Origin: Candidatus Marinacidobacterales bacterium
GTDB lineage: Bacteria > Acidobacteriota > Vicinamibacteria > Marinacidobacterales > SMYC01
Direction of reading: 5' to 3'
Assembly (NCBI GenBank): GCA_965224085.1
Contig: CBDCYI010000005.1
Location: forward strand, 1,920,001-1,984,000
Length of the DNA stretch: 64,000 bases
The position numbers and the translations under genes were made by a program. Numbering within the stretch: the stretch's first letter is position 1; the number at the start of each line of letters is the position of its first letter. This document shows positions 32,450 through 42,818 of the stretch, one piece after another. The notes beneath the pieces are model-generated. The model saw only the letters and a program-made list of their open reading frames with translations, did not search any database and was not told where the DNA came from.

Positions 32450-32680
32450 TTTCGGCGCAACCAGGAGAGAGGGGCGATTCAAAACATTCTTTCGAACGGG
32501 GTCATGCCTCGCGACATGCCACCACGGATACTCCCGCTAACCCTCCAGACCTTGCTGTCAAACGGGCACTGAGCACCATCGTACCTTCGGCCTTGACTCC
32601 CGGCTGCACTCGATCGGAGTCTACTTCCTCCCACAGATCTCAAAGGGTCAGTCTCCGATTACCTTCGCCCGCCCGGGCGA
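32450..32680 (-). ncRNA. Candidate IS110 bridge RNA
   Basis: Position matches IS110 left-end bridge RNAs. Nested stems seen by eye (GGAGTCA/TGACCCC, GGTAC/GTATC, CCCGTT/AGCGGG). The loop contains TTGACAGCAA, identical to the flank at 32686-32695. Confidence 0.6.
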
Positions 32681-32686
32681 TGCCAT

Positions 32687-32726
32687 TGCTGTCAACTTGA
32701 GCTGGCAACGTCAACTTGACATGACG
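32687..32726 (+). mobile_element. ~40-bp collapsed IS6 (left IR fused to right IR)
   Basis: TGTCAACTTGAGCTGG matches the start of the IS6 at 6799; CAACGTCAACTTGACA matches its end. Confidence 0.7.
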
Positions 32727-32811
32727 GACGGAAGGCCGTTCGAAGTCGACATCTTCGGGCGCATCGACTCACCCGACAACATCGCCAAAACGTACCGCAT
32801 CCCGATCGCCA

Positions 32812-33291
32812 TTAGTCGTCGATCAAGTCCTTGAGCGCTTCGGCGTGCGTCTCCAAGAAAAGACGATCTTTCGGACGATTTGCTTTTGCCTTGGACGTAA
32901 CGATGTGCGTGAGCCGCGCCACCGGAATCTCGACGTCTTCGACACGGAACACACGTCGCTCGTTCCACACTTGATCGAACTCGAATCCTGCCATAACGAA
33001 CGTGAGGACGACTTCCAGACCGTCGTCGTCAGTCGCTTTGGTCAGTGCCTTTCGTTCGACGACAGCTAGCAAACGGTCGAGTGGCTTTCCCAGCGGCTCG
33101 GCACCTGCCCAGAGCTGCAGGCCCTGAGCGTCGATCGTCCGCCAAACGGTTAGCAGGTTCTCCGGGTCCGGCGGAAGGAAAAGGTTGCGGTCCTTCGTCG
33201 TGAATAGGGTCGCTCCCGACATCGCGTAGTAGTTCGCGCCAGCGACGTCGACGAGTACACATCTTGCTGGCTCACGCGAAAGTGTGCTCAT
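32812..33291 (-). pseudogene. Nucleotidyltransferase-fold protein, degenerate
   Basis: AGANYYA...TTKD.NLFL...IPVARL.HIV.SK..ANRPKD pattern. Confidence 0.5.
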
Positions 33292-33299
33292 GAGCTCAC

Positions 33300-33884
33300 G
33301 GAGTTCTTCTAACGCTGCAGAAGAGATGGTCTCGTGGCTGGCAGGCGCTCGCCTCTTATACGTGGTCGGAGGCCACTGGGCTCATTGGCTCGAACTGGGG
33401 CGGGCCGGGCGGCTCGCAAACCAGTCGCGTCACGGGGTTCACGAGCCAGGCGGGCAGAGACCCCAACAATTTCACCAACGCGACGGGGAATTTGCGCAAC
33501 GACCGGACCCACATGGTCCGGTTACAAGCCGCCGTGGAGGTACCCAAGGTCGAGATTCTTTTAGGCGCCAACTACGACCATGTCACTGGAAAACCGTACG
33601 CATCCCGCGCTCGAGTTCGTCTTCCGCAGGGGTCCCAGCAAATCTACATCGAACCGCTCGGAACCCGACGGATCGCTAATTCGGGCATTCTCGACTTGCG
33701 CGTGTCGAAGATCTTTCGTTTCGGCGAGACCGGCCGGTTCGAGATCATCGGCGATTTCTTGAACCTCACGAACGACCAGGCACCTCAGAACATCATCAGC
33801 CGCCAGTACAACAGCCCGAACTTCGAACAGCCGAGCTTCTGGCCGACACCGCGCCGCATCATGATCGGCTTGAAGTTCGCTTAG
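33300..33884 (+). pseudogene. TonB-dependent receptor C-terminal fragment
   Basis: NDRTHMVRL...LDLRVSKIF...DFLNLTN...PRRIMIGLKF; no N-terminus. Confidence 0.6.
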
Positions 33885-33992
33885 CGTGGGACGTTGACGG
33901 CAGGTCGGTCGTCGCTGTCGCGGTAAGGCAAGAGCTCGACGTGAGCCATCGAGCTCACGTAAGATGGCCCGTCCCATCGCGAGAGGAGAACG

Positions 33993-35333
33993 ATGTCGTC
34001 GTCCCTTCCCTTTCACCCGTCGATGCTTCTCGGGATTCTCGCTTTGTTGGCATCCCCAAACCTCGCGGCGCCCGAGGACTGGCCCGAGTGGCGAGGCGCA
34101 GGTCGCTTGGGGGTTTGGAACGAGACGGGTATCCTCGATGCCTTCCCCGACGACGGTCTCGAAGTCACCTGGCGAACGACCGTGGGAAGCGGTTACGCGG
34201 GGCCGTCCGTCGCAAACGGGCGCGTGTTTCTCACGGACTTCAGCCCAACCGATCGCAACCAGGGTTTCGAGCGCATTGTTTGTCTCGATGAAGCGACGGG
34301 CGAGATTCTGTGGGAGCACGCCTGGGAAGCGGACTACACCGGCCTCCAGCTCGTCTATGCCATCGGCCCACGCGCGACGCCGACCGTGGATGGTGATCGC
34401 GTCTACGTCTTGGGAGCGATGGGGCGGCTCCTTGCTTTGACGGTGGACCACGGTAAGGTTCTCTGGGAGAAAGACTTCGTTCGCGACTACGAAGCTTCGG
34501 TGCCCGTCTGGGGGATGCCCAGCGCGCCTATCGTGGACGGAGAGCGGGTCATCGCACTGGCCGCCGGCGAGCCGAACGCCAAAGTTGTCGCCTTTCATCG
34601 AGATACCGGTCGCGAGATTTGGCGTGCTCTTTCTTCCGACTGGGAGCCCGGCTATAGCCAGCCCGTGTTCTTCGAGGCGGGCGGTGAGCGACAGCTTTTG
34701 ATCTGGCATCCGCGCGCGATGAGCTCCCTCGATCCTGTTACCGGTCGCGTGTACTGGGAAGCGCCCTTCATCGTGAGCATGGGGATGACCGTCTCCACGC
34801 CCATCGTCGAAGGCCGCCACCTCTTCGTCTCTTCGTTCTATGACGGCGCCCGGATGTGGAAGCTCGACGAAGACGGGTCGGGCGTCACTCTTTTGTGGGA
34901 GAGCTCAGGCGACAGCGAAGTGCGAAGCGACAAGATCCACACGCTCCTCAATACGGCCGTCATTCGAGGTGACTACCTCTACGGCGTCGACAGCTACGGC
35001 CAGATGCGATGCCTCGAGATCGAGACCGGACGTCGCATGTGGGAGACCATGGCCGTGACCCGCGAGAAGCAACGATGGGCCGCCGCGTTCTTCGTCCGAC
35101 ACGGCGACCGCTACTTCATTAACAATGACCGAGGCGAACTCATCATCGCGAAGCTGTCACCCGAGGGATTTCAGGAGCTCGACCGCACCCAGTTGATCGA
35201 GCCCACCTCCCCCACGGTCCGGAGACGGGATCTCGGGGCAGTACACTGGTCGCACCCCGCTTACGCCAACCGCCATATCCTCGTGCGCAACGACCGGGAG
35301 ATTTTGCGGGCGTCTCTGGCCAAGACAGAATGA
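33993..35333 (+). CDS. Secreted PQQ-binding-like beta-propeller protein
   Basis: Signal peptide, DWPEWRG, repeated ..D..TG.I.W blades, WSHPAYAN. Confidence 0.88.
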   Translation: MSSSLPFHPSMLLGILALLASPNLAAPEDWPEWRGAGRLGVWNETGILDAFPDDGLEVTWRTTVGSGYAGPSVANGRVFLTDFSPTDRNQGFERIVCLDEATGEILWEHAWEADYTGLQLVYAIGPRATPTVDGDRVYVLGAMGRLLALTVDHGKVLWEKDFVRDYEASVPVWGMPSAPIVDGERVIALAAGEPNAKVVAFHRDTGREIWRALSSDWEPGYSQPVFFEAGGERQLLIWHPRAMSSLDPVTGRVYWEAPFIVSMGMTVSTPIVEGRHLFVSSFYDGARMWKLDEDGSGVTLLWESSGDSEVRSDKIHTLLNTAVIRGDYLYGVDSYGQMRCLEIETGRRMWETMAVTREKQRWAAAFFVRHGDRYFINNDRGELIIAKLSPEGFQELDRTQLIEPTSPTVRRRDLGAVHWSHPAYANRHILVRNDREILRASLAKTE

Positions 35334-35744
35334 AACGCTCGGTGTTCGCGTGTCTCGCTGCCGGTCTTGATCCTGAACGGGGACACGTTCGAGCTGCTCG
35401 GATGCGAGGGTGAGTGCGACGAGGGCGAGGCGATCGCCCGCCTCGATCGAAACGACGAAATCATGCAGGCATGGTCCCGGCAGACCGGAGACCGATCAAG
35501 TTCGGGGCGCGCGGATGAATAAATAGAAGGCACAGCCGAGTTTTGGCACAGGACGGGGAATGTTTCACTCGGTTAGCCTATCCTAAAAATGGACCACTTT
35601 TCAGCACCCGATGAAGTACGGGATACCTTTTCCACGCAATGAGTTATACTGTTTTTCCGTCAGGACGACTTACCCCATACGAATCCGCGTAGACCCTAGA
35701 AAGGAAAATTCATACTACGGGGGAGATTCCAAGGAGGGCCTATA

Positions 35745-36060
35745 AGTCGATTGAGATCTGCCGATGCCATCCTCGACGCTGCCAACAAATGGAAGCAGCA
35801 ATGCCTGCTCGATGGTGCTTCGCTTTTCGGCGAGGAAAGGCTCTGGACGCGTGAATATTTCGAGGAACTTCAAAACACTTCGTCGGGCGTCGCGATGCGG
35901 GAAGCGGGTCGTTCCAAGAGAAGCTGGGAGTCCAACTAGAACCCGCACCCTCGGAAGCGAAACGTCTTTTCGCGGAAATCATGTGGCTATATTACCTAAT
36001 TGTGAGTTCCGTTAAACGGGTTACGAAGCTCGATAGGATCAGGACGGTCTACGAGTGGTC
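35745..36060 (+). pseudogene. mcrB: McrB-like N-terminal fragment; GTPase domain deleted
   Basis: AANKWKQQCLLDGASLF...SFQEKL..QL...LFAEIMWLYYL, frameshifted and fused directly to mcrC. Confidence 0.55.
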
Positions 36061-37064
36061 ACCTCCTGTGCTACGCCTGGGGTCATTTCGACGAGCGCGA
36101 TGTGGTGCGGTTGGACGAACTTGACCAGATGGAAAGAGTGCACGATCTCCTGGGCAAGGTGCTGGCCGAGGGGACCTTTCGGTTAATTCGCAGAGGCATC
36201 GATCGTGGCTACCGAGAGGTGCGTGAGGACCTCGCCGGCATACGCGGAAAGATCGCCGTGGGAGAGACCGCGAAGCGGGCGCTACGCGCTCGCGGACAGG
36301 TGACTTGTGATTACGAAGAGCTGTCCCACGACGTGTTACACAACCGTATCCTGCGCTCCACGTTGAGATCCCTGATGCGCCTCCCGGACTTGCATTCGGA
36401 CGTACGCGCCGAAGTGCGAAGCGCGTACGCGAAGCTCGGCGGCGTAACGTTGGTTCCGCTGAGACGTCTGGTGTTCCAGCAGGTGCAGCTCGACCACAAC
36501 CGTCGGTACTATCGATTCCTGTTGTCTGTGTGCTGGCTTATCCATGAGCAGTTGCTAGTCGACGAGCAGTCCGGAGAGGCCACGTTCACCGCCGTCAGCG
36601 AAGAGCGGATGGAAAGACTGTACGAGGACTTCATCATCGAGTTCTATCGCCGTGAGCAAAACCGTTATCGGGTCAACAATCGTGGGCGCACCATCGCGTG
36701 GGCCAGCGAAGGAACACTCGACCAGCACCGCTCGAAGCTTCCGCGCATGGAAGCGGACGTCATTCTCGAAGCACCGAGTCGGCGTATCATCATGGATGCC
36801 AAGTATTACAGGGAAGCCTTAGGCGGCCGTTACGGCGGGAAGCTACGTTCGAACAATCTCTTTCAACTCCTGGCTTATCTAAGAAATCGCGAGGCTACCG
36901 TAACCCAAGGGGCGAGGCACGAAGGGATGCTGCTCTACCCGACAGTCGACGCGTCGGTGGAGGTCGATGTCTGCCTGGAGGGCTTCTCGATCCGTGCCCG
37001 GAGCATTGATCTTGCTCAGAACTGGCACAACATCCATCAAGATATGTTGGACTTGATCGCATAA
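36061..37064 (+). CDS. mcrC: McrC-like 5mC-specific restriction subunit; first codons missing
   Basis: LLCYAW, IRGKI, HNRILRSTL, LYEDFI.EFY, EADVIL, IMDAKYY, LFQLLAYL, GMLLYP. Confidence 0.9.
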
Positions 37065-37302
37065 TCTGCGTTTTCCTCCGTCGCGTCGCGAAGGCGAACC
37101 AGGATTCACTACCCGTCCTGTGCCAAAACTCGGCCCATTTGAAATAGACCATCAGTGTCATGAATTGACGGACACGAGCTACCCTCAAAAGGAGTGGAAA
37201 TGAAGTAAAGTAATTGGAATCCTTCGTTCAAGGGGAAACCGTAGTAGTACCCTAAGAGCGTCTTTCAATGCAGAAGGGGGCAGTACCATTTGGAGGAAGA
37301 CT

Positions 37303-37554
37303 ATGGCCAAAGCGCGAGTGTTGACGAGGTCGGAACTAGCCGAGCATTTGGGCGTCGATAAACAGATGGTAACAAAATGGGAGCGGTTTGGGATGCCGGT
37401 CCACACTAGAGGGCGCGGCGTGGCGTCTCAATTCCGTCTGCGGGAGGTCCGTGCGTGGCTAAAGGTGCGGGAAGCCAAGGCCAAAGCGGCGGAGAAGGCA
37501 AAGGTGCGAGAAGCCAAAGCGGCAGAGAAGGCGAAGAAGACAGCGAAGCAATAA
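37303..37554 (+). CDS. Small HTH protein, terminase small subunit Nu1 / excisionase-like
   Basis: LTRSELAEHLGVDKQMVTKWERFGMPV...FRLREVRAW; RBS GGAGG. Confidence 0.6.
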   Translation: MAKARVLTRSELAEHLGVDKQMVTKWERFGMPVHTRGRGVASQFRLREVRAWLKVREAKAKAAEKAKVREAKAAEKAKKTAKQ

Positions 37555-38228
37555 GACGCGGCGGCGATGAGATGAGACAAGTCTGACTGCGCGAGTCCTT
37601 GGAACTCGCTAGTCTCGCGGTACCGGTTGCCAACGACGCTGCTCGGGGAGCGCGATGACGTCGTACTCCTGGTCTTCGGTGACGAGTGCCTCTTCGAAAC
37701 CGCGAAAGCTGTAGACGGCTTGCTTGCCCAGATGGGACAGCAGGGGGTGGCCTTCCCTGGGATCGTGAGCTTGCTCAGGGACTTGAGGCTGACTTGCTTT
37801 CCTTTGATAGGGAAAGCGCTCTATTCCTGGAATCCACAATTCTACGAGACGGAAGGTGCTTATTGAGCAGCTCCTAGAAAGCGTTCGACTCACCTTGTTT
37901 ATCTCATCATATAGTTGCGCGAGTTCGTCGGCAGCCTCTCCGCAAGTTGGATTTGCCAAGAGTGCGGTGACTAGAATCCTCAGCTCGTGGCAATACCATC
38001 CCGGCAACGACTTTAGCTCTTTGCTTTTCACGAAGTCTGTGAATTTCTCTGATATGGCCGCGTGTGCGCTTTCGTTCGCGGCCTTTGCCGCCTCAATGAT
38101 GGTCGTCTGGTCAATAAACTCAAACGCGCTCCCGTAGGCCAGTTTGAGAGGGCTTGGCCTCGGCCTGTTAGACCGGTTGAATCACAGGTCGTGGTCAGGT
38201 ACTTACTCTAGTTCTCCGGGGAGACACA

Positions 38229-38954
38229 ATGGACTGGAAGACCATGCTGGCGTACATCACGGGATCGGTCGACCGAGAACTGCTCCTGCGCAACGAGTAC
38301 CTCGTTACCGAGAATCGTATTCTTCGAGATCAGCTGCAAGGCCGTTTGCGCCTGACCGATGGTGAGCGGAGAACCTTGGCGGAGATCGGAAAACAGCTCG
38401 GCAAGCGCGCGCTCGAAGAGGTGGCGAGTATCGTCAGGCCCGATACGATTCTCGGGTGGCACCGCAAGCTCATCGCCAGGAAGTTCGACGGTTCCAAGAA
38501 CCGGACGTATCCGGGGCGACCACGAATCGACGAAAAGATCGAACAGCTGATTATCCGCTTCGCGAGAGAGAACCGATCGTGGGGCTATGATCGCATTGCC
38601 GGGGCCATGGCGAACCTCGGGTATCGAGCGAGCGACCAAACCGTCGGCGAAGAGGTGGGTATCAAGACCGTCAAACTGCCTGCGAGAAGCCCGAATTTGA
38701 ACTCCTTCGCGGAGCGCTGGGTGAAGTCTGTGAAGGAAGAATGTCTATCGAAGCTGATCTTGTTCGGCGAGCCAGCATTCAGACGGTGTCTGGCTTCCTA
38801 TCTCGCTCATTATCATGGAGAGAGGAACCATCAAGGCAAGGAAAACGTCATTCTCTTTCCGTCTGTAGAAAGCAGCGGCCCCCGCGAAGGGCCAATCCTT
38901 TGTCGGGAAAGGCTCGGTGGGCTGCTGAGATACTACCACCGAGAGGCGGCATGA
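38229..38954 (+). pseudogene. rve integrase-core transposase (IS481/IS3-like) with an in-frame internal deletion
   Basis: EYLVTENRILR, PDTILGWHR, ENRSWGY, then a jump to PARSPNLNSFAERWV..KEECL, HYHGERNHQG, RLGGLLRYYHREAA. The first two catalytic Asp regions are absent. Confidence 0.85.
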
Positions 38955-39413
38955 AAACTGGAGCCACGGCCGGCGAGAAGGAAATTCAGACCACCGGGTT
39001 CTTTGTCTTCGGCGCCCTCACTTTGATCGTGGCACTCCTTAAGCTGGCCGTTTTCAGCGACTGGTCGTGGTGGCGAGTATCACTACCCATCTTGATCTTT
39101 GTCGGCTTCAATATCGCTTACATAGTCACGGGCTTTGGCTATCTGTCCTTTGCTGAGGCCAGGGAAAGACCCTCCCAGGGACGAAGTCAACCCACTCGGT
39201 CAGCATCACGGCCCGCTCTACTGGAGCTCGATGCTCTTCTTCGCGGCGTTTGCCGATAATCTGGTCCGATACCTGGAAGGCACCGAGGACTCATTCTGGT
39301 TTTGGGGTCTGTCTGGGCGCCTTGAAGCGGTGTTCATTTTCGGCAGTCTCAGTATCGTCGGCCTATTCCTGTATTGGTCGGCGATCACACGTAGCCTTGT
39401 TGAGCCGGAGTAA
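38951..39413 (+). pseudogene. Membrane protein, frameshifted
   Basis: Hydrophobic helices (LKL..FSDWSWWRVSLP) continue in ORF 39135-39413. Confidence 0.45.
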
Positions 39414-39419
39414 TTCGTG

Positions 39420-39695
39420 TAACACGGCCGTGTCAACCCGTATTCGGGTCGTGCCACGCGATCGAAGTGACGGACGAATTTCTTGACCAAACGGGCAACG
39501 GACGCAATCTGGGCCAGTGCCTCGCGGCCCAAAGCCTGGGCCTTGACGGCGAGCCCGCGTCGGTCGTCGTCAGAGAGCCTGAGACGCGTGCCCCGAAGCC
39601 CGGCTCGGAGCACACGGTTCTCCTCTTGCAGGTAGTCGATCACATCCTGCTGATGGCGGTTGACCCAGCTGGCCACAACAAGCAGTAGGAATTTC
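39420..39695 (-). pseudogene. rve integrase N-terminal fragment
   Basis: FLLLVVASWVNRHQQDVIDYLQEENRVLR...RLSDDDRR.LA.KA..LGR.AL. Confidence 0.75.
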
Positions 39696-39704
39696 GGCCT
39701 CTGG

Positions 39705-39903
39705 GGTCTATTTTTTTGTCGGGGCCACCTATGGGTTCACTTGTGTTACGGCCCGGTGATTCGCTCACCATCCTCAAGATGGCTTTGTCAGTCAGCTTCA
39801 TCTGTCTCGTTTCCTCCACGAACGTGACTCAAGCTACGGGGCGCTAACTTTTTCCCCGGTGGGACTGTCTCCCACTGAACATGCCAGCCTTCGCTGGACG
39901 CAC
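39705..39903 (-). mobile_element. Group II intron 5' end (domain I remnant)
   Basis: Minus strand begins GTGCGTCCAGCGAAGGCTGGC...GTGGGAGACAGTCCCAC...GGCCGTAAC..AAGTGAA, i.e. a GUGYG start and domain I-type hairpins. Confidence 0.7.
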
Positions 39904-39943
39904 TCGTGTCCAAAAATACAAACGAACTCAAGACCCTTGCACC

Positions 39944-40037
39944 TGTGCTCCGCAAAAAATCGATGCGGCGTTGATTGCGCGTTTTAGACCTGCTATGCTC
40001 GGTCGCTTGTGGCCGATCTTCTTTTTTGCGGATCACA
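39944..40037. mobile_element. Repeat-D mini element (TGTGCTCCGCAAAAA...TTTTTGCGGATCACA)
   Basis: 94-bp copy. Relatives at 63432-63525 (94 bp), 8738-8794 and 45015-45070; half copies end at 5011 and 48463 or start at 6663. Confidence 0.8.
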
Positions 40038-40422
40038 GAGGTCGGTCAGCTGGCTTTTTCGTCAACTTGACTTGGCAGTACCCGTTGCGCCGCCCGTGCC
40101 TTCTTCTTCGTCGTCTCCGGAGCGTTCTCGGAGTAGCTGCGACCCAACGCCTCCGTCAACTACTGCCAGGATACTTCCCAGTTGTAGAGCTGCGCGCCAA
40201 TGGAGCGTAAGCGCTTTTTTCAAAGGGATGCGTACACATCACCAACAGTAAACAGCGCAAGCACTGCGGCCGGGCTGGATCCGGCGATCCGGGCAACCGA
40301 CGCGTTCCCTTGCCTTGCTTCGACCTGAGTCGTATCCTCGTCACGGGCCGCAATCCAACGACGACGACGGACACCATGCATAAAGCATTCGATCCTCTTT
40401 TCCCGGCTGCGGAGAGACCCCA

Positions 40423-42408
40423 GTGCCCGAGCGCGTTCTCGTTCTAGTCGGAAGCGAGCATCTTGGCAAGGATGAACTCTCGTTTCTGGGTCGATGTGCG
40501 TCCCGCGGAGCCCGGGTGGTGGCTTGGCAACACCCTATCGTCGGACAGGATCGATTCCCGAGCCCTGACATCGCAAGGTACCTTCAGGCTTTGGGCATCG
40601 AGGCGACTCCACTGCCGGTTGCGCTGGGCGAGCCTGTCAACACGGAAGTAGAGGAAGCGGTCATCGCATGGATGAAGCGCCTCGGACGCACCCCACTCGG
40701 TCCCTCAGGCAGCTTTCGAAGCACCTTCCGGTATGGGGAACGCTCGCTCTGGTGGTGGGTGGAACTCTGGTTGTACTACGACACCGAGCTTCGGCTCCAC
40801 GTGAGGGACATCGAGGCTCTCGCTCGCCTTCTGGAACACGAGACTCCGGATCGCGTGGTGGTCGTGGGAGATGTCCGGCAGCTCGCTAAAGTGGTCCGCG
40901 ATCTCGCAAAGAAAAGTGAGGTTCAATCCGCCGTACGGGCACTAGGACCGAGTCGGCCTCGCCCCAGCTTCAGCTTCTTGTTGGAACTCGCCAAACTGAT
41001 CGGCGCTGGCGGGACGTCGTTGCTCTGTAAGCGCTCGGCGCCCACCGAGTCGAAGGGGCTCCGTGTCCTCTGTCTGACGCACTCCTCGATGTGGTGGGAG
41101 AGGCGGGATCCAGAGACCAAAGCAACGGAAGCGGTCGAGATGTACTTCGACCAAATCATCCCGAGCCTCAGAGCGGAGGGTAACGCCTTGCGCATCGTCG
41201 GCGTGGGGCCGCCCGTACCGTTCAAGCACCGTACGTTTTCACGGAAACTTCGCGAGCTGGCGAAGCTCGACACGCGTGGTCTCCCCTACATCCCATTCGG
41301 GACCTACCTCACACCCAGAGTGGCTTTGAAAGCGGCGCAAGCTTACTTCCACTCCTGGAGGTGCCTGCGTCGTTTCGAGCGCCTGCCCGATCTCAAGAAC
41401 GCTTTCTCTCATCGCGGAATCGAGCTGACGAGCGTTGGAAGCGCGGCAATGCGTGAAGCCTTCTTGCGCCTCGTGCCGTGGGCGTTGCGTTCCTTCGAGC
41501 AGGTCCGGGCTATGCTGGAGGTCGAGAGACCGAACATCATCGTCCTTTACGCCGAGTCGACCGCCCTTGGACGGGCGGTGGTGGCCGCCGCTTCCGATGC
41601 AGGTGTTCCATCCCTTGCTATTCAGCACGGCATCATGTATCCGCGCTACTACTCCCACGAGCACGCTTCTGACGAAGTAATGGCGTCGTATGGCGGGACC
41701 GACTCTGTACCATTGCCGGATCGTACGGCCGTCTTCGGTCGCATGGCCCGAGACGTGCTGATCGAGCGGGGGCACTATCCGCCAGAAAAGATCGTCATCA
41801 CCGGAAGTCCGAAGTTCGACGTTCTGCTCCGAGCCGGGCGCACTTTGAGGCGTGAGGAAGTCCGCGCACGACTGGGGCTCGACGCCACCGCGAAAATGCT
41901 CATCGTCGCATCCCGTTTTTCATCGTTCGGACCCGTGTTCGGAGATCTCCTCAGGGCGGCGAAAGGGGTGCCCGGACTCTGGCTGTTGGTGAAACCTCAT
42001 CAAGCGGAAGGCAGGGAGTCCTATCGGAAGATCGCGGAGCAGGAGGCCTCGTCTCGGGTCCGTGTTCTCTCCTCCTCCGCGAACCTCCTAGAGCTCATCG
42101 TGGCATCGGATGGGCTGATTACCGTGGACTCTTTTGCTTCCTCCGAAGCACTCATCCTTGGCCGGCCGGTTCTCATCGTCAACCTACCCAACAACCTCGA
42201 GATGCTCGTGGACAAAGAGCTGGCCAAAGGCGTTTACCGGGGCCAGGACATGACCACACCCATCCGCCAGCTTCTAGACCCAAACGAGCTCGCGAAACTG
42301 AAGGTGAGGCTCGGTCGGCTTCGGGATGAGTTTGCTTACGGAGCGGATGGCGGCTCGACAGAGAGAATCCTCCAGGCGGTCTATGCGGTAGCGAGTCGAA
42401 AGCGTTAA
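40423..42408 (+). CDS. Surface-polysaccharide GT-B fold protein (CDP-glycerol glycerophosphotransferase / epimerase-like)
   Basis: IQHG, ITGSPKFD, VKPHQ, S..SSEALILGRPV and DGGSTERI motifs. Confidence 0.7.
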   Translation: MPERVLVLVGSEHLGKDELSFLGRCASRGARVVAWQHPIVGQDRFPSPDIARYLQALGIEATPLPVALGEPVNTEVEEAVIAWMKRLGRTPLGPSGSFRSTFRYGERSLWWWVELWLYYDTELRLHVRDIEALARLLEHETPDRVVVVGDVRQLAKVVRDLAKKSEVQSAVRALGPSRPRPSFSFLLELAKLIGAGGTSLLCKRSAPTESKGLRVLCLTHSSMWWERRDPETKATEAVEMYFDQIIPSLRAEGNALRIVGVGPPVPFKHRTFSRKLRELAKLDTRGLPYIPFGTYLTPRVALKAAQAYFHSWRCLRRFERLPDLKNAFSHRGIELTSVGSAAMREAFLRLVPWALRSFEQVRAMLEVERPNIIVLYAESTALGRAVVAAASDAGVPSLAIQHGIMYPRYYSHEHASDEVMASYGGTDSVPLPDRTAVFGRMARDVLIERGHYPPEKIVITGSPKFDVLLRAGRTLRREEVRARLGLDATAKMLIVASRFSSFGPVFGDLLRAAKGVPGLWLLVKPHQAEGRESYRKIAEQEASSRVRVLSSSANLLELIVASDGLITVDSFASSEALILGRPVLIVNLPNNLEMLVDKELAKGVYRGQDMTTPIRQLLDPNELAKLKVRLGRLRDEFAYGADGGSTERILQAVYAVASRKR

Positions 42409-42540
42409 TAAAGCACCCGTCGGGCGGGAACTTTCAGCTGTCCAGTAGTCGCCGAGCGACCGAGAAACAGGTGGGGCCCCCGCAGCATTGAGTGATGAGC
42501 ACGTGGCGAACGAGCCCTGAGGCTTCGTGTTCGCTCGGAG

Positions 42541-42640
42541 CTAGTCCCATGGGTCTTTGATTACTATACAAAGTTAGACTTTTAGCCAGCCCATAAGATT
42601 CATAAGAGTCATACACTTAGAATGGTACTGTCAAGTTGGC
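42541..42640. repeat. Second copy of the 2116 MITE left part, abutting an IS6-type end
   Basis: ~85-bp match to 2116-2201, followed by GGTACTGTCAAGTTG. Confidence 0.7.
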
Positions 42641-42689
42641 GTCATTGTAGCCAGACTGGTCCCGGTTGGCTGTTGCGCTTCGAGATTTC

Positions 42690-42818
42690 GTCAGGCACAG
42701 GTGACCCTACGATTCGCCAGCGCATTCTTGATTATAACGAAGACGATTGTCGTGCGATGCGTGTTCTGCGGGATGCTCTTGACACCTTGATCGTGATGCC
42801 AGAGGGGGGGCCGCATGA
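42690..42818 (+). pseudogene. TM0106-like RNase H domain C-terminal fragment
   Basis: RQRILDYNEDDCRAMRVLRDAL, compare YNEDDC in 14858-18283. Confidence 0.6.

Larger units (their letters stand above)
31017..32687 (-). mobile_element. IS110-family element, apparently complete; boundaries inferred
   Basis: Intact recombinase, ~250-bp structured upstream non-coding end, short downstream end, no terminal IR or TSD. Joining 31016 to 32688 recreates GGTGCTGTCAA, an IS6-type IR. Confidence 0.7.

Noticed and set aside
37465-37550. Short tandem duplication AAGGTGCG(G/A)GAAGCCAA
   Set aside because: It is a small in-frame repeat in a Lys/Ala-rich tail, with no sign of a system.
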